Assembly (NCBI RefSeq): GCF_006345805.1
Contig: NC_043020.1
Span: 16,492,001-16,556,000 of the forward strand
Length of the DNA: 64,000 bases
Source: Octopus sinensis
Taxonomy: Eukaryota
Reading direction: 5' to 3'
Of this stretch, positions 25,725 to 39,565 are shown one piece after another; the first letter of the stretch is position 1, and each line of letters opens with the position of its first letter. The notes under the pieces are model-generated. The model ran no database searches. It was not told where the DNA came from and saw nothing but the letters and a program-made list of their open reading frames with translations. Made by a program: the position numbers and the translations under genes.

Positions 25725-26477
25725 TTAAAACAAAATCAAATATATTTGTTATATTTTAATTAGGTGTAGGTACATGGCTTAGTACTTACAGTATTCAGTT
25801 AGTGATCATAAGGTTATGAGTTCCATTCCTGGCAATACATTGTGCCCTTGAGCAAGACACTTTATTTCTCGTTGCTCCAGTCCACCCAGCTGAGAAAAAT
25901 GAGAAGTGCCTGTATTTCAAAGGGCCAGCTTCGTCACATTCTGTATCATGTTGAATCTCCCTGAGAACTACATTAAGGGTACACATATCTGTGGAGGGAA
26001 TGCTCAGCTACATAAATGTTAATTTTATGAGTAAGCTGTTCTATCGATCGGATAACTAGAACCCTTGTTTTTTAGTGTCATTTCTGTTAGATATGTTGCA
26101 CAGTGTTACATTAATTACCAGCTTAAAAACCACACTCTGTGCAGACTTTTAAGCTAGCTCCTGTGGGGGGGGGGGATAATTGCAACCCAAAACTGAAAAG
26201 AACAATAATAATAAAGTATTTATTGGTACCTTATCAATATGGTATTACTTTAGTTCTTTTAAAATTTGTATTTTTCGACTGTTAGCATACAACAAATCCT
26301 CATCCAGACCTAACCCCAATGCTGGATGTTCAAGAACCAAATGAAGGGCAGATTTTTAATTCTGGGATCATCCTGGTTCCAAAACGCTACAATATGTTTA
26401 TGTAGAGCAAATGTAGACCACGACACAGGGGTCACGGACGAACAGACAGAATTACATGTTTATTATTATAGATGATA

Positions 26478-26887
26478 CTCTCTTTACTCTTTTACTCTTT
26501 TACTTGTTTCAGTCATTTTGACTGCGGCCATGCTGGAGCACCGCCTTTAGTTGAACAAATCGACCCCGGGACTTATTCTTTGTAAGCCCAGTACTTATTC
26601 TATCGGTCTCTTTTGCCGAACCGCTAAGAGACGGGGACGTAAACACACCAGCATCGGTTGTCAAGCAATGCTAGGGGTACAAACACAGACACACAAACAC
26701 ACACACATACATATATATATATACGACAGGCTTCTTTCAGTTTCCGTCTACCAAATCCACTCACAAGGCTTTGGTCGGCCCGGGGCTATAGCAGAAGACA
26801 CTTGCCTAAGATGCTACGCAGTGGGACTGAACCCGGAACCATGTGGTTGGTTAGCAAGCTACTTACCACACAGCCACTCCTGCGCCT
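26478..26887 (-). mobile_element. tRNA-derived SINE, family A, full length
   Basis: Reverse-complement match to 5516-5915; CpGs largely retained. Confidence 0.9.
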
Positions 26888-27365
26888 CATGTCTCATTTA
26901 TACTTATCTCTACCAATATATCATCTCTCTATCTCTTGTGAGCATTGCTCCTGGTCTTGTAATTTCTTTCCTTAAACGTTTTCCTTCTACTGGTTTCCTT
27001 AATAGATATCTCAATGTTTTTAAATCTTCTGTTGATCATTTTATGGTTTTTAGAGTGGCTTCTCATTATTTATTTATTTATTTTCGTTTGTTTTTGTCCT
27101 TTTTTTTTTCTTGTAACTCCCCCAACAACATTTTTTTTTTTCCAACAAAGTTATTGTGTGTGACTCATGCAAGCATAGAAAAGCGGATGCTGATGCTGAT
27201 GAAATGGTAATGATGATGATATTAAAGTAGTTCTAACCCACAAACAATCCATTTACAGAATAAGCCTAATGATAAGCTGTTATTACAATAGAAGCTGAAC
27301 CGGCCGCCATTGTGAAGGAATGATATTTTCATAATTCTATTGATGTTGTTTTGTTGTATTATTTT

Positions 27366-28032
27366 ACTACTACTACTACAACCAGCACCACCACAACCAC
27401 CAGCACCATCATCACTACTTTTACTACAACCAACACTTCTACCACCACCACTACCATTAATGTTATCACTACCACCACCACTGCTACTATTACTATTACC
27501 ACCATCACTACTACTACTACTACCACCATCACTATTACTACTACTACTATCACCACCATCACTACTATTACTACTACTACTATAACCACCATCACTACTA
27601 CTACTACTATCACCATCATCACTACTACTACTACTATCACCACCATCACTACTATTACTACTACTACTATAACCACCATCACTACTACTACTACTATCAC
27701 CACCATCACTACTACTACTACTACCACCATCACTATTACTACTACTATCACCACCATCACTACTACTACCATCACTACTACTACTACTATCACCACCATC
27801 ACTACTACTACTACTACTATCACCACCATCACTACTACTACTACTATCACCACCATCACTACTACTACTACTACTACTATAACCACCATCACTACTACTA
27901 CTACTATCACCACCATCACTACTACTACTACTACTACCATCACTACTACTACTACTACTATCACCACCATCACTACTACTACTACCATCACTACTACTAC
28001 TACTATCACCACCATCACTACTACTACTACTA
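27366..28032. repeat. Compound trinucleotide repeat (ACT/ACC/ATC) with higher-order unit ATCACCACCATC(ACT)n
   Basis: Directly visible; generates the poly-Thr and poly-Val ORFs. Confidence 0.92.
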
Positions 28033-28570
28033 TTTCAGAAATGGTTAATGTTTTTGTAATCTAAACTATCTTAATTCTTTGGTTGGCATGCTTTCATGAT
28101 ATCAAGGAAATGCCAACTAGTAAACAATGCCTTGTACTGAACTCTATATTACATCACAAAAATCTTACTTAATGCACCTACCGCTTTTCTTTCCTTCAGA
28201 CCCTTATACTGTTACTTCAATGAACTGAATGAGGACAGTCCTATGACTGAACATAAGCATGACTCAAAGACTCATCTTAATATTGATCATACAAATGTGA
28301 AAGGCACTTATTTTAAAATAAACTGATGCTTAACAGTGGGGCAAACTCCACTCCTGTTATCGCAAGCGTATTGCGGCTGACTGGCCCAAATGGTATGACC
28401 AATGCTCCAAAGTTACAAGACAGCAGACGTCTTCAAATCTGATTGGCATATGCAATGCCTAAGGAAAAAACCATGACAGACACAAAGAGACATCTGCTCC
28501 TATCCCAAGAAGTGGTATTCCTTGCTCAACCTATAACCATATCTGTGCATCTGACTTCTTCATCATTTAT

Positions 28571-28783
28571 GAGGGGATACTGAAAAGTTCCTGACTTTGG
28601 GTAAAAGAAAATACAGGTGGATCAGTTAATTATGATTTTATTCAACATATTCCCCTCTAAGATTCACACACTTGTTGCAGTGATCCTTCAGTTTTTCTAA
28701 GCCCTGTAAAAGAACTCAGAAGGTTGGGCCTCCAACCAGGCCTTTCACAATACCCTTAAAGCCAGGAACTTTTCAGCACCCTT
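28571..28783. mobile_element. Mariner-type MITE
   Basis: TIR GGGGATACTGAAAAGTTCCTGACTTT versus AAAGCCAGGAACTTTTCAGCACCC; non-coding AT-rich interior. Confidence 0.7.
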
Positions 28784-30051
28784 TTGTGATGTCCCTCTTT
28801 CCATGCTGGCTTCTGTTGGACAGGAAGTCACATGAGCATCCAAAGATGTTGACCATGCAACTCAGTTGTGTTTCTTGGCCTCAAGATTCAACCGAAGAGG
28901 TTTAATAAACAGTTTTATCAAGGATTCTTTTGCATGGTCAGTGTTAAGTTTTGAACTTTGAATGTGATTTTAACCATTCAATCAACCAGTGTTGCTTGAG
29001 ATCCATACATGGAGTAGATGTGCCCTGAGACATACCCTGATTATTTCTCAGTAGATTTTTGTTCCTTTTTAACATGGTTTGCTTGATCCGCTATCAATTC
29101 CATTTAGTACTTGCTGTTCAAGAAATCAACAACTTCTAAATGCATTTTTGGTTGTTTCTACTTTTCTACTTTTACTGTTCTTCATCATTAAACTTACAAA
29201 AGGGAGGGACACTACCTTTCAGAGTTTAAACCTTTGGCATTTAAACCAGCCATAACAGACTCAAACATTCAGCCTATTTTATATTCAAACTAGCCAGATC
29301 CAGCCTCTCTCACTAACCCTACAATGTAATTCTAAAAATAAACAATCACATCTTCAAAATTTTGAAGTTGTGAGATAATGCAGGATTAATTCAAAAGAAC
29401 GTCAATAAATATGCATTATATTTGACTGAATAAACTGAATGCTAAAGAGCTTGATCATTCATATTGTTGACAATTTTTATTTCTGTCTGGTACTTTTTTT
29501 TATCAATCTCTCTTTGTCAAACTGCTCAGTTAAGGACTACAAATGGATCCAACATAAACATCAGTTTTTAGACCAGTGTGAATATAAATATAAACACACT
29601 CACATATACAACCATACATACACACACACACACACTGTTTTTTTTCCTAATAGTTTCCTCTATTCAAGATCACTCACAAGGTACTGGCTAATCAAAGACT
29701 GGTTGTAGGAGATGATCCTTGCGCAATGTGACTCACATCATCATCGTCATTATCTTCATCATCATCAAACGTCTGTTTTCCATGCTGGTGTGGGTTGGAT
29801 GGTTTGACCAGAGCTGGTAAGGCCAGGGTCCACCCCAGAATCCATTGTCTGTTCTGGCATGGTTTCTGTGGATGGATGCCCTTTCTAACACCAAACACTC
29901 TGCTGAGTGTACTGGGTGCATTTAACGTGGTACCAGCTCAAGTGCTTTTTATGTGGTACAAGTACCGGTATCAGTTATGTTGTGTGTTAACTTAGAACCA
30001 TGTTTAATTCCATTCCTCGTCTTGATACATTATAATTATTTCTAGTGTCAA

Positions 30052-30093
<42 letters not shown>

Positions 30094-31413
30094 CTCTCTC
30101 TCATATGATTGCTTTATCATATTTTATGAACCTCAGAAGACAAAGTCAACCTTCACAGGATTTGAACTTCAGATATGGAGGGAGATGTTTAAATATTGCT
30201 AAGGATTCAGTGTGATGTTTTTTTCCGTTTTTGTAACCAGAAGTTGTTTACATTTTTCATGATAATATTAGGTGAGAAATCAAAGCTAAAAACATTCTTG
30301 CTTTTGAAATTCCCATTTAAGAAGTTTTGTTGATTTTTTTTTTTAATTGTTTCTCCTTTTGTTGCTAATAATTAAATCTGTTTTATTATATTTTTAATTA
30401 GATGAAAAAGATAAAAAGAACCTTTGAATTTAATTTTATTTTACAGCGATGAATTTATTAAAAGTGTGTCTGTGTGTGTATACAAATATAGGCACAATGT
30501 GTGTGTGTGTGTGTGAGCATGGTTGTAGTAAGAAGTTTGCTTCCCTACTGAGTTCAGTCCCATTTTTGATTCCCATCTAAGTTCAGTCCCATTTTTGGAA
30601 CCTTGAGCCAGTGCCCTCAATTATAGCCCTGGACCAACCAAAGCCTTATGAGTGAATTTGGTAGACAGAAGCTGAAAGAAGCCCATAGTATGTGTGTGTA
30701 GGTTTGTGTCTCCTTGTTGTGATATTGCATGACAGTTGTAATTAAGTGTCACTGTCATATATGCAGTGTCATTCATTTGTGTCATTCTGTAGGATCATGT
30801 CTGATCACGAGCAAATATTGCCGACAAGAAAGCCACCAGGCCATAGAATATCTGCTTCAAAAAAACTCTGTCAAACCAATGCAAGCATGGAAAAGTGAAC
30901 ATTAGAATGATGATGGTTATATGTGTGTGTGTGGTTTTTATAAAGACTCACTACTGTTTCATTATGTCCTTTGTTCTTCAAACAGCACAAACAAAATGAA
31001 ACTCGGAGTAACAGCAATGATGAAACAATAAAATAAAGTGTATATATATCTTTCTACAACTAACACATATTAAATTCCCATGAAGGTTACATATACTCAC
31101 AACACACAGTCTTTGATGTTTGCTTACGTAAATCTCTCTGCCCATAAGTAAACAATAAAATATTATGCTCCATAGTTGGTTTATACAAACACACACACGT
31201 GTGTGTGTATGTGTGTGTGGTAAGGCTTCAACAAGTAGAATGTTGTTGACAGTGACTTCAAAGTTTCAGCTTGCTAACCAATCAGATTAATGTAAAATTT
31301 TTATTATAACTGAACATAAAAACAAGCATTAATATATATATATATATATAAGTTCAGCACCTCGGATATACTTGTTGCTTATTTTGATATATATATATAT
31401 ATATATATATATA

Positions 31414-32652
31414 CTGGCTGCGTAAGATATTTGAGGACAGATTTATGTTTATAAAAAGAAAAAAGCAGTTATATAACAACAGATAATAACTTTATTTATT
31501 AACATATGCTATGAGGATAAAAATAAACCTTCTTTTCTCTAATCTTATTCAATAAAGCCACCTTCAGCTTCAACAGCCACTTCTATATGAGATCTAAATC
31601 CTCTACATGCTCGAACCAAGTGGTCCTGGTCACATTTTGGACATTACTCTGACTATGGCAGCTTACAAACAATCTTTGGTTTTTATGGGCATGTTCATTG
31701 ACCTCTTTCTCTCAACAATGCTCCACATGTAATAGTCCAATGGATTGAGATCTGGGGAATTAGGATGCCAAATGTTAGGGGTTATGTGATCATGAAAATT
31801 TTCGGCCATCCATTCCTGTGTTACTAGAGCCATGTGTAATAGTACAGAGTGTTACTGAAACACATATGGCCTTCCATTGCATACACTGTCTATCCAGGGC
31901 TTAACAATTATTTCCAGGACCTCAATGTAGGTGGCAGAGTTAACTCTAAGGCCTTGTGGAAAGAAGTAAGGAGGAATTACATGTCCTTCATTACTGACAG
32001 TTGCAGAAAATTTTATATGCATAACACTTGGAACTCCAGAAGGGTCTGCACATAACCATCTGTCATTAACTTTCTGATCTTGGTCAAAGTTAGTTTTTTT
32101 CATTTGAGAAAAACCAATTCAAATCTTCTTCTGCTAGAATTTCCAGATTGTTTAAGAGCCTTTTAGATCTGATGTAGTGATTTTCTTTTGCTTTTTCTGA
32201 CAAATTGACCTTTCCTCATCATTGAAGACTTATATCTGATGCCTTCATGGACAACATTTTGACATATGGAGATCTTTTTCAATTGACCTCGTGGACTTTC
32301 TGGGATTGTAATCAATAGTCTGTTGAACTTGCTGGATAAATTTAGGTGTTCTGGCGATTTCAGAGTGTTTACAATGCTTTTTATGCTTTGGTATTGGAAA
32401 TACATTTCCGTCTTCAGCCTCTTGCTCCTTACAAACTTTGTAGACGAAAGATCTGACAACTTTTAAAAATCGAGATATTTCTAAGTCGCTCTGCTCAGCC
32501 TTTATAACCACAATAACAGCATGCTTCTTCATTTCTTGAGTAAACTGAGGGTTTGCCATTATTATTTTCCAAAACAAAGATTATACAGAGTTAGCAAAAA
32601 ATGCAGCAATGACCCCAAAAAAGGAATGTCCTCAAATACCTTATGCACCCTG
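31414..32652 (-). mobile_element. Decayed Tc1/mariner transposon, DD37D (maT-type) spacing
   Basis: TIRs CTGGCTGCGTAAGATATTTGAGG / CAGGGTGCATAAGGTATTTGAGG in TA context. Fragments NPRKSTRSI, FSNEKNFDQDQKVN and YVFQ*H-(37 aa, ..NIWHPNSPDLNPL)-DYYMWS. Confidence 0.88.
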
Positions 32653-32914
32653 TATATATACCTTGTTTCAGTCATTGGACTACAACCTTGCTGGAGCACT
32701 GTCTTGAAGGGTTTAGTGGAACAAATCACTCTAGTACTTGTTTTTTCTTCTTTTAAGCCTGTTATTTTGTTGGTCTCATTTGCTGAACAACTAAGTTTTG
32801 ACATCTTAAACAAACCAGCACAAGTTGTCAAGTTGTGGCAGGAGGGAACAAATGCGGTTTCTCACACACACACACTTATACATATGTGTGTGTGTGTATT
32901 TATAGGGTAATGGT

Positions 32915-33155
32915 AAAGACCCTTTTCCATCATGAATGACCATGGGATTGCACCAAGAAAGTTCCCTTCCAAGGCACAAGTCCTGGCAAGGTTGTTTATG
33001 GAAGACCAACAGTTGCCCATGGATACCAGCTTCCCCTCTCCTCACCACTGATGTAATCCAAGGGAAAGGCAAAGGCCAATACACTTTGGCACTAATGACA
33101 TAACAACTCATTTCTACAGCTGAGTGAACTGGAGCAACATGAATTAAAGTGTCAT
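32915..33155 (-). mobile_element. tRNA-derived SINE, family D, 5'-truncated
   Basis: CATGAATGACCATGGGATTGCACC...CAGCTGAGTGAACTGGAGCAAC matches the reverse complement of 10330-10618. Confidence 0.75.
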
Positions 33156-33178
33156 GTATATATATATATATATATATA

Positions 33179-33280
33179 AAAGACTTGTTCTATTTCTATT
33201 CCTGAGCGCCATACTAATACATTTGTTTGTTTGTACTCCACCTGCCTTCATCTTTTGTTTATTTTTGTAAACCTTCCCGT

Positions 33281-33281
<1 letters not shown>
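33179..33281 (+). mobile_element. Truncated copy of the hammerhead-bearing family (see 38147-38360)
   Basis: AAAGACTTG...TTCCTGAGCGCCATACTAATAC...CTTCCCGTT between two (TA)n arrays. Confidence 0.8.
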
Positions 33282-33317
<36 letters not shown>

Positions 33318-33639
33318 GGTGGTACAAAAGCAAGTATATAGTTACAAAAAAGAAAACACATACATTACTCATTTATTTTTATCAAAAAATTAAAACTTGC
33401 GATAAGAGTATTATTATAGTTATAATAGATGTATTGTTATGGTTAGTGACACTGAAAATATCAAAAATGAGGCTAACTAATTTACTGTATACCTGCTTTT
33501 GACCACCCCCTGTCTATATGTGTGTGACAAACTTCAACAGAGTTTCTGTCTATCAAATTCACTTACAAGCCATTGGTTGGTACCAGAGTTACAGTGTTAT
33601 AGTATAAAGCTCTTGGCCAATACATCAAGCTGTTCTTGC

Positions 33640-34020
33640 AAAAGGAGACTTAAAAATATTGGCGAACGTGGCCAATGCCAGCGCAGCCTCGATTGGCTTC
33701 TGTGCTGGTGGCACGTAAAAAGCACCATCCGAACGTGGCTGATGCCAGTGCCGCCTTGACTGGCTTCCTTGCCGGTGGCACGTTAAAAGCACCAACCGAT
33801 CGTGGTTGCTGCCAGACTCCCCTGGCACCTGTGCCGGTGGCACGTAAAAAGCACCCACTACACTCACAGAGTGGTTGGCATTAGGAAGGGCATCCAGCTG
33901 TAGAAACACTGCCAAATCAGACTGGAGCCTGGTGCAGCCTCCTGGCTTTCCAGACCCCAGTCGAACCGTCCAACCCATGCTAGCGCAGAAAACGGACGTT
34001 AAACGATGATGATGATGATG
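33640..34020 (+). mobile_element. RTE 3'-UTR-type repeat with internal tandem GTGGCACGTAAAAAGCACC units and (GAT)n tail
   Basis: Three GGTGGCACGT(T)AAAAGCACC units, then GGCATTAGGAAGGGCATCCAGC...CCATGCTAGC..GTTAAACGATGATGAT. Confidence 0.7.
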
Positions 34021-34360
34021 TATGTATGTACACACATACACAGGGTGTTCTTCAAATGTAGTCACTGCATGCCATACTGCCTTTCTCGTGTGGTCCTATA
34101 CAGCTACAGCATATGCTACACTACCATCAGCAGCTGACACAAAATCCTCCAGGCACAGATTCGTGGTCTTTCAAGACTGATGGATGCTCATCTATCTGTC
34201 TGTCTACCTATTTCATTGAAGGCGCAAAATTGTTTGACCCTCTGGCCGATAACTGATCAGGATTTGGCGACCCTCTGTGTCTATTTCCTGTTTCTTTCTG
34301 TATTCAATATATGTTTTTGAACCTATTATACATACATATATATAGATGTACATATATATA

Positions 34361-34429
<69 letters not shown>

Positions 34430-34430
<1 letters not shown>

Positions 34431-34601
34431 GGCACAAGAGTGGCTGTGTGGTAAGTAGCTTGTTTACCAACCACATGGTTCCGGGTTCAGTCCCACTGTG
34501 TGGTACCTTATGCAAGTGTCTTCTACTATAGCATCGGGCCGACCAAAGCCTTGTGAGTGGATTTGGTTGACGGAAACTGAAAGAAGCCCGTCGTATATAT
34601 G

Positions 34602-34635
<34 letters not shown>

Positions 34636-34826
34636 CATGTATGTTTGTGTGTCTGTGTTTGTCCCCCTAGCATTGCTTGATGCTGGTGTGTTTATGTCCC
34701 CGTCACTTAGCGGTTCGGTAAAAGAGACCGATAGAATAAGTCCCGGGGTCGAGTTACTCGATTAAAGGCGGTGCTCCAGCATGGCCGCAGTCAAATGACT
34801 GAAACAAGTAAAAGAGTAAAAGAGAG
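34430..34826 (+). mobile_element. tRNA-derived SINE, family A, full length
   Basis: Colinear with 5516-5915, with small internal deletions. Confidence 0.9.
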
Positions 34827-36484
34827 TATATATACACACACACACAAGCACACATTTATATGTATAAATATCTATGATCCAAATATTATATGGCATAAAT
34901 AACACAAGCACACACACTCACACTCAGTGTGTGTGTGTGTGTGGGTATATATTATTTAGCATTATTTATACAATGTTATATATTCGGATAACTGTGAACA
35001 GTGTTTTCTGTTGTTTGGCTGTGAATGATGTTTCAAGTTGAAGTGTGCTGTTGCAGCATCTATCTACATCAACTCACATTACTATTGGCCATAATAGAAA
35101 TAAACCATGTGGCCATGACCGAGGATAATTAGTTCTCGACAATTTCTTATAAGTAGTTTATATTCTAGTTTGCATTTAGGTCTTCTGTTTCACCAATAAC
35201 CTTGTTGTTTTTTTTGCTGCCTTTTTTTTTGTTGCTTTTTTTTGTTTTTAAATGTCTTGGTATCAGCTTCATAGATTTAGATTATGAAATAAGAGCTATG
35301 GATTATCCAAAAACAATTGATTTACCTAAAAATGTCAGCGTAGCCTAGCCCAGTCATTATGGTATATGCTTTGGTTAATGTTTTTTTTGTTGTTTTTTTT
35401 TTGTATGTCTGAAACAATAAAAGTATATTCTAATTAGTTGTAATCTGTTCCATACACACACACAAATACGAAGCTGATATATATTGTATACAGATATGTC
35501 GGTGAATTGCCAGATAAAGTGTTTAGTATTTAGATATTTGTTGCAATTACCTTAGAGTGATGTTACCGCACTCGGCAGTCACTTAGAGATACTATATCCC
35601 TTTTAGTAAATAGTCTTTAGTCTTGTCCTTTTATTTATTGATCTAATTATTTAATTATTGTGACCATATTTCTTATGAACTTCTGTATTTTAAAATAAAT
35701 TTAAAATTATCAAGAATGTGGATGTTTTTAGTAAAATGACCTTTATCACTGAAATGGTGTTAGGACCATAACTTAATACAAAGTTCTTATGTAGAATTAT
35801 AAAATAATGAAGTAATAACATGACAACATATCACATAATTGGCAACATAATATACAAGAGTAACTTACGTGGAGAATTTGAAATCATTGAAAAGGTTACA
35901 GTTGAGTAATAAAAAATTTCTGACTGTGTAACTAAAACTGAAGTGAACCACAATTGGTGCGTGTGTTCTTTCGCAATGTGACCCTTCTCAAATGTAAGAA
36001 ATCAGTTTCATTGCACAGTTTCACATCGAAACACTTCCAAAATAAATTCAAAGACAAAATACCATATTTTCAGCGTAAAAATCCATGTAGTATATAGTGT
36101 AAACATGTAGTATAAATATTCAAATATCTTCACTATCTTTCTGAATCCTGCTGGTTTTTGCATGTAATTTTTGGTCGTCCAAAGTCATCTTGGTGTATAA
36201 GTTACCCTACCTTTTTCAGCGGTAAATGTTGGCCTGAAAAATTCAACTTGTATACCAGTAAATACAGTACAGTAAAATATTTCAATTTAAACTGCAACAT
36301 GTTAAAACAAGGGATTGATTTGGGTTTTTTTTTAATTATTATTTTGTCTTTTCCATAGTACTAGGATAATTTCAGGTAGGTTGACATCAAAAGGGTGAAA
36401 CTAGCAAGTTGCATAGAAGTGGGTATCAGTGTACAACATTAGCCTTTTGGGATCCTATGTATAGCTATTTCTCTTCACTTACAT

Positions 36485-36738
36485 TTGTGCTTCTCAACCA
36501 TTTTTTACGTACGGATGCCTTTCATTCCTATTTTACTCAAGTGGACCCTCCTAGCTATTTGATGTTTAAAATTCCTTTTACGTTTTATATAATTAAATAT
36601 TATTAGGAACTGTATTTTAAAAAATTTAAGATATTCTATGCATTGTAGAAGAATAACCAATTTATTGCAGATAAATTCTAACAACAAAATCTTATATGGA
36701 CACCCAAGGGCCATACAGACCCCAGTTGAGAACCACTG
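36485..36738. mobile_element. hAT-type MITE (old)
   Basis: Termini TTGTGCTTCTCAACC / AGTTGAGAACCACTG; 8-bp flanks ACTTACAT / ATTTACAT (7/8 match). Confidence 0.6.
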
Positions 36739-36961
36739 ATTTACATCATTAATGTTGGTTCACTATCACAGCTTCCATTTTCTTTCCCCAGATTCCTTTG
36801 GGTGAATCAGCTATAGATGGACACATCTGGTTATGGAAAACCAAATGCTTGGCTCTCTCTCTAATTATATGTGTGTATGTATGGCGGTGCCCCAGCATGG
36901 CCACAGCTCATTAGCTGAAACTGGAAAAATCAAAATCAAAAATCATATATATATATCTTTT

Positions 36962-37385
36962 ATCTTTTACTTGTTTCAGTCATTTGACTGTGGCCATGCT
37001 AGAGCACTGCCTTTAGTTGAGCAAATTGACCCCAGGACTTATTCTTTGGGAGCCTAGTACTTATTCTGTTGGTCACTTTTGCTGAACCACTAAGTTACGG
37101 GTACGTAAATACACCACCATCGGTTGTCAAACGACATTGGGGAGCCAAATACAGATACACAAATATATGCACACACATACATACATATATACGATTGACT
37201 TCTTTCAGTTTCCGTCTACCAAATCCACTCACAAGGCTTTGGTCGGTCTGAGGCTATAGTAGAAGATACTTGCCCAAGATGCCACGCAATGGAAATGAAC
37301 CTGGAACCATGTGGTTGGTAAGCAAGCTACTTACCACACAGCCACTCCTGCATCCTAACAAGCTACTTACCACACAGCCACTCCT
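36962..37385 (-). mobile_element. tRNA-derived SINE, family A, with duplicated 5' head segment
   Basis: Family A body; ACAAGCTACTTACCACACAGCCACTCCT-like head present twice in tandem at the right end. Confidence 0.8.
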
Positions 37386-38146
37386 ATATATATATATATA
37401 TATATATATATTTACAGGAAGTTAATAAAGTGCTTAGTCTTACTGCTCAAAGTTTTAGAGTATGCTTCTTTTACAGAGATATGATCCATTGACATTATTT
37501 ATATACACAGACATGCACACACATAGAGGATATCCATAGATCACCTTTGCAATTTGACAAGCTCAGAAAAAAAATTAGGTTAACTCAGTAGAGTTTATTA
37601 GAAAACATAGGCAAACAAATAAAGTTTTATTAGAAACATCAGAATACTTCCTTGTGGGCTCCATTGGTTGCATGCAACCTGCTAAGTTGCCCTTTCTTTT
37701 TTCCTGAATTTTTCAAATTGCAATGACAATTTATAATCACATGACTGAAACAAGTAAAAGAAAAAAGATATATATATACATACATACATATACATACATA
37801 CATACATACATACATACATACATACATACATACATACATACATACATACATACACACACACACCACCACCATCATCATCATCATCATCATTATTTAACAT
37901 CTGCTTTCCATGCTTGCATGGGTGGATGGTTTGACTAAGGACTGGCAAGCCAGGAGGCTGCATCAAGCCCCAATCTGATTGGCAAGGTTTCTACAGCTGG
38001 ATGCCCTTCCTAATGCCAACCATTCCTAGAGTGTAGTAGGTGCTTTTTACTTGCCACCGGCATGGGAGCCAGTCAGATGGCATCAAACCATGCTCAAACG
38101 ATGCTTTTTACGTGTCAAAACAAATAAATAAATAAATATATATATA

Positions 38147-38360
38147 GATCGCCATGTTGATTCGCTAGCTTCTGCACACATTTTTTTTCTCTCCTTGTTT
38201 CTCTCCGTGTTTCTTTTCTGTGTATCTTTCTGTTGAAGAGCGTAGGCTCGAAACGTAAAAGACTTGTTTTATTTATATTCCTGAGCGCCATACTAATACA
38301 ATTGTTTGTTTGTACTCCACCTGCCTTCGTCTTTTGTTTATTTTCATAAAGCTTCCCGTT
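38147..38360 (+). mobile_element. Penelope-like non-autonomous element in TA array
   Basis: Shares about 170 bp with 41515-41712 and its 3' half with 33179-33281; carries a hammerhead-like core. Confidence 0.7.
38225..38262 (+). ncRNA. Minimal type I hammerhead ribozyme-like motif (variant core)
   Basis: TCTTT | CTGTTGA A | GAGC gtag GCTC | GAAA CGTA | AAAGA: stems I and II pair perfectly, with a palindromic ACGT mini-stem III. The core deviates from CUGAUGA. Confidence 0.55.
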
Positions 38361-39239
38361 ATATATATATATATATATATCACACTAATGTGATATATAT
38401 AAGTAAAAGTTTTGACATGGTAGCTAATGTTATGAATATGTTCATTATTCCAAAATAAAAACCCCTCAGTTTACATCAGATGTAGTAGGTGACCTGAAGG
38501 GAGACATTAGTGTACAACTGATTCCCCGTTTCATTTGCTGTTTCATATTTCTGTGGTTGACTTTATTTTTTACCCTTTCTTGATTAATGAAATGAAAATA
38601 CACGATCTTTTATGGAATAAGTCTGTTAAAAAAAAATTATCGTTGTATAAGAACATAATTATTTAACCTATTTTAAAAAAAATATTCCTAATACTACTAA
38701 TAATGTGATGAAATTAAGAGAAATACAACCTCTGTGCATTTGTGTGTGTGTATGTGTGTGTGTGGTTTAGTGACAAGACTTTCTTTTTACTGATAGTAAC
38801 AGGTCAATAAAGCTAGGTGTGGCTAATTTCAACATAGAGAAACATCAAAACCCTTCATGTTACATGAATTGATTATATTTTTGCCAAACACAGGGTGACC
38901 TATGCAAGCATGGGAAAGTGGACATTAAATGATAATGATGAGATGAGTTTCTGTGATGGTCAAACTTAATTGAGTTACAGACTGTTATATTTTGTAGGGG
39001 TTAATAACAGGTGGGCCTTAAAAGTCTTCCTTAAAAATTTTCAAATGAACCCTCTCAGACCTGGGTCTCTCTGACTAACTTTACCTTCCAACTGGGCTCC
39101 TGAGCAAAAAAGTAAATAGTTGCATATACAGCACAAGTATATTTGCAGGCCAAATAATGGACAGAATCTGCTGCAACTTCTTTTTCTAAGTGTATTGTTC
39201 CTGACCACTTTACCAGGAATCTAACAGAGTAAAGATCCC

Positions 39240-39565
39240 CTTTGATCATGAATGACCATGGGATTGCACCTAGAAAGTTTCCCTCTGTGGCACAAGTCTG
39301 GGCAAGGTATTTTATGGAAGACCAGCAGTTACCCATACATACGAGCCTCCCCTCTCCATGCCACCAATGTTATCCAAGGCATAAAGCAAAGGTTGATACA
39401 TCTTGGCACTAGTGACATGACATCTCACTCCTACAGCTGCGTGAACTCAAACAATGTAAAATAAAGTGTCTTGCTCAAGAACACAACACACTGCCCGGTC
39501 CAAGAACCAAACTCACTATGTCATTATTTTGAACCCGACACTCTAACCACTGAGCCATGTTCCTC
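39240..39565 (-). mobile_element. tRNA-derived SINE, family D, near full length
   Basis: Reverse complement of 45522-45857, including head TCTAACCACTGAGCCATG. Confidence 0.78.

Noticed and set aside
26145-26473. Helitron-like ends (minus strand TCTATAATAATAAAC ... GGAGCTAG)
   Set aside because: Only one copy seen and no convincing subterminal hairpin.
26551-27210. 219-aa ORF and similar ORFs (MSSNARGTNTDTQ..., YQIHSQGFGRP...)
   Set aside because: Read-through of family A SINE sequence; the same peptides recur at every copy.
30241-30465. Short acceptor/donor pairs (EVVTFFMIIF, DEFIK); also at about 2102, 4051, 17300 and 58274
   Set aside because: Plausible splice signals, but the peptides are unrecognisable and cannot be assembled into a coherent gene without RNA data.
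35862-35930. LRR-like NLKSLKRLQLSNKK (and NLSKNELRKI near 54030)
   Set aside because: Short frames closed by stops, no periodic LRR exons; expected by chance in A-rich DNA.
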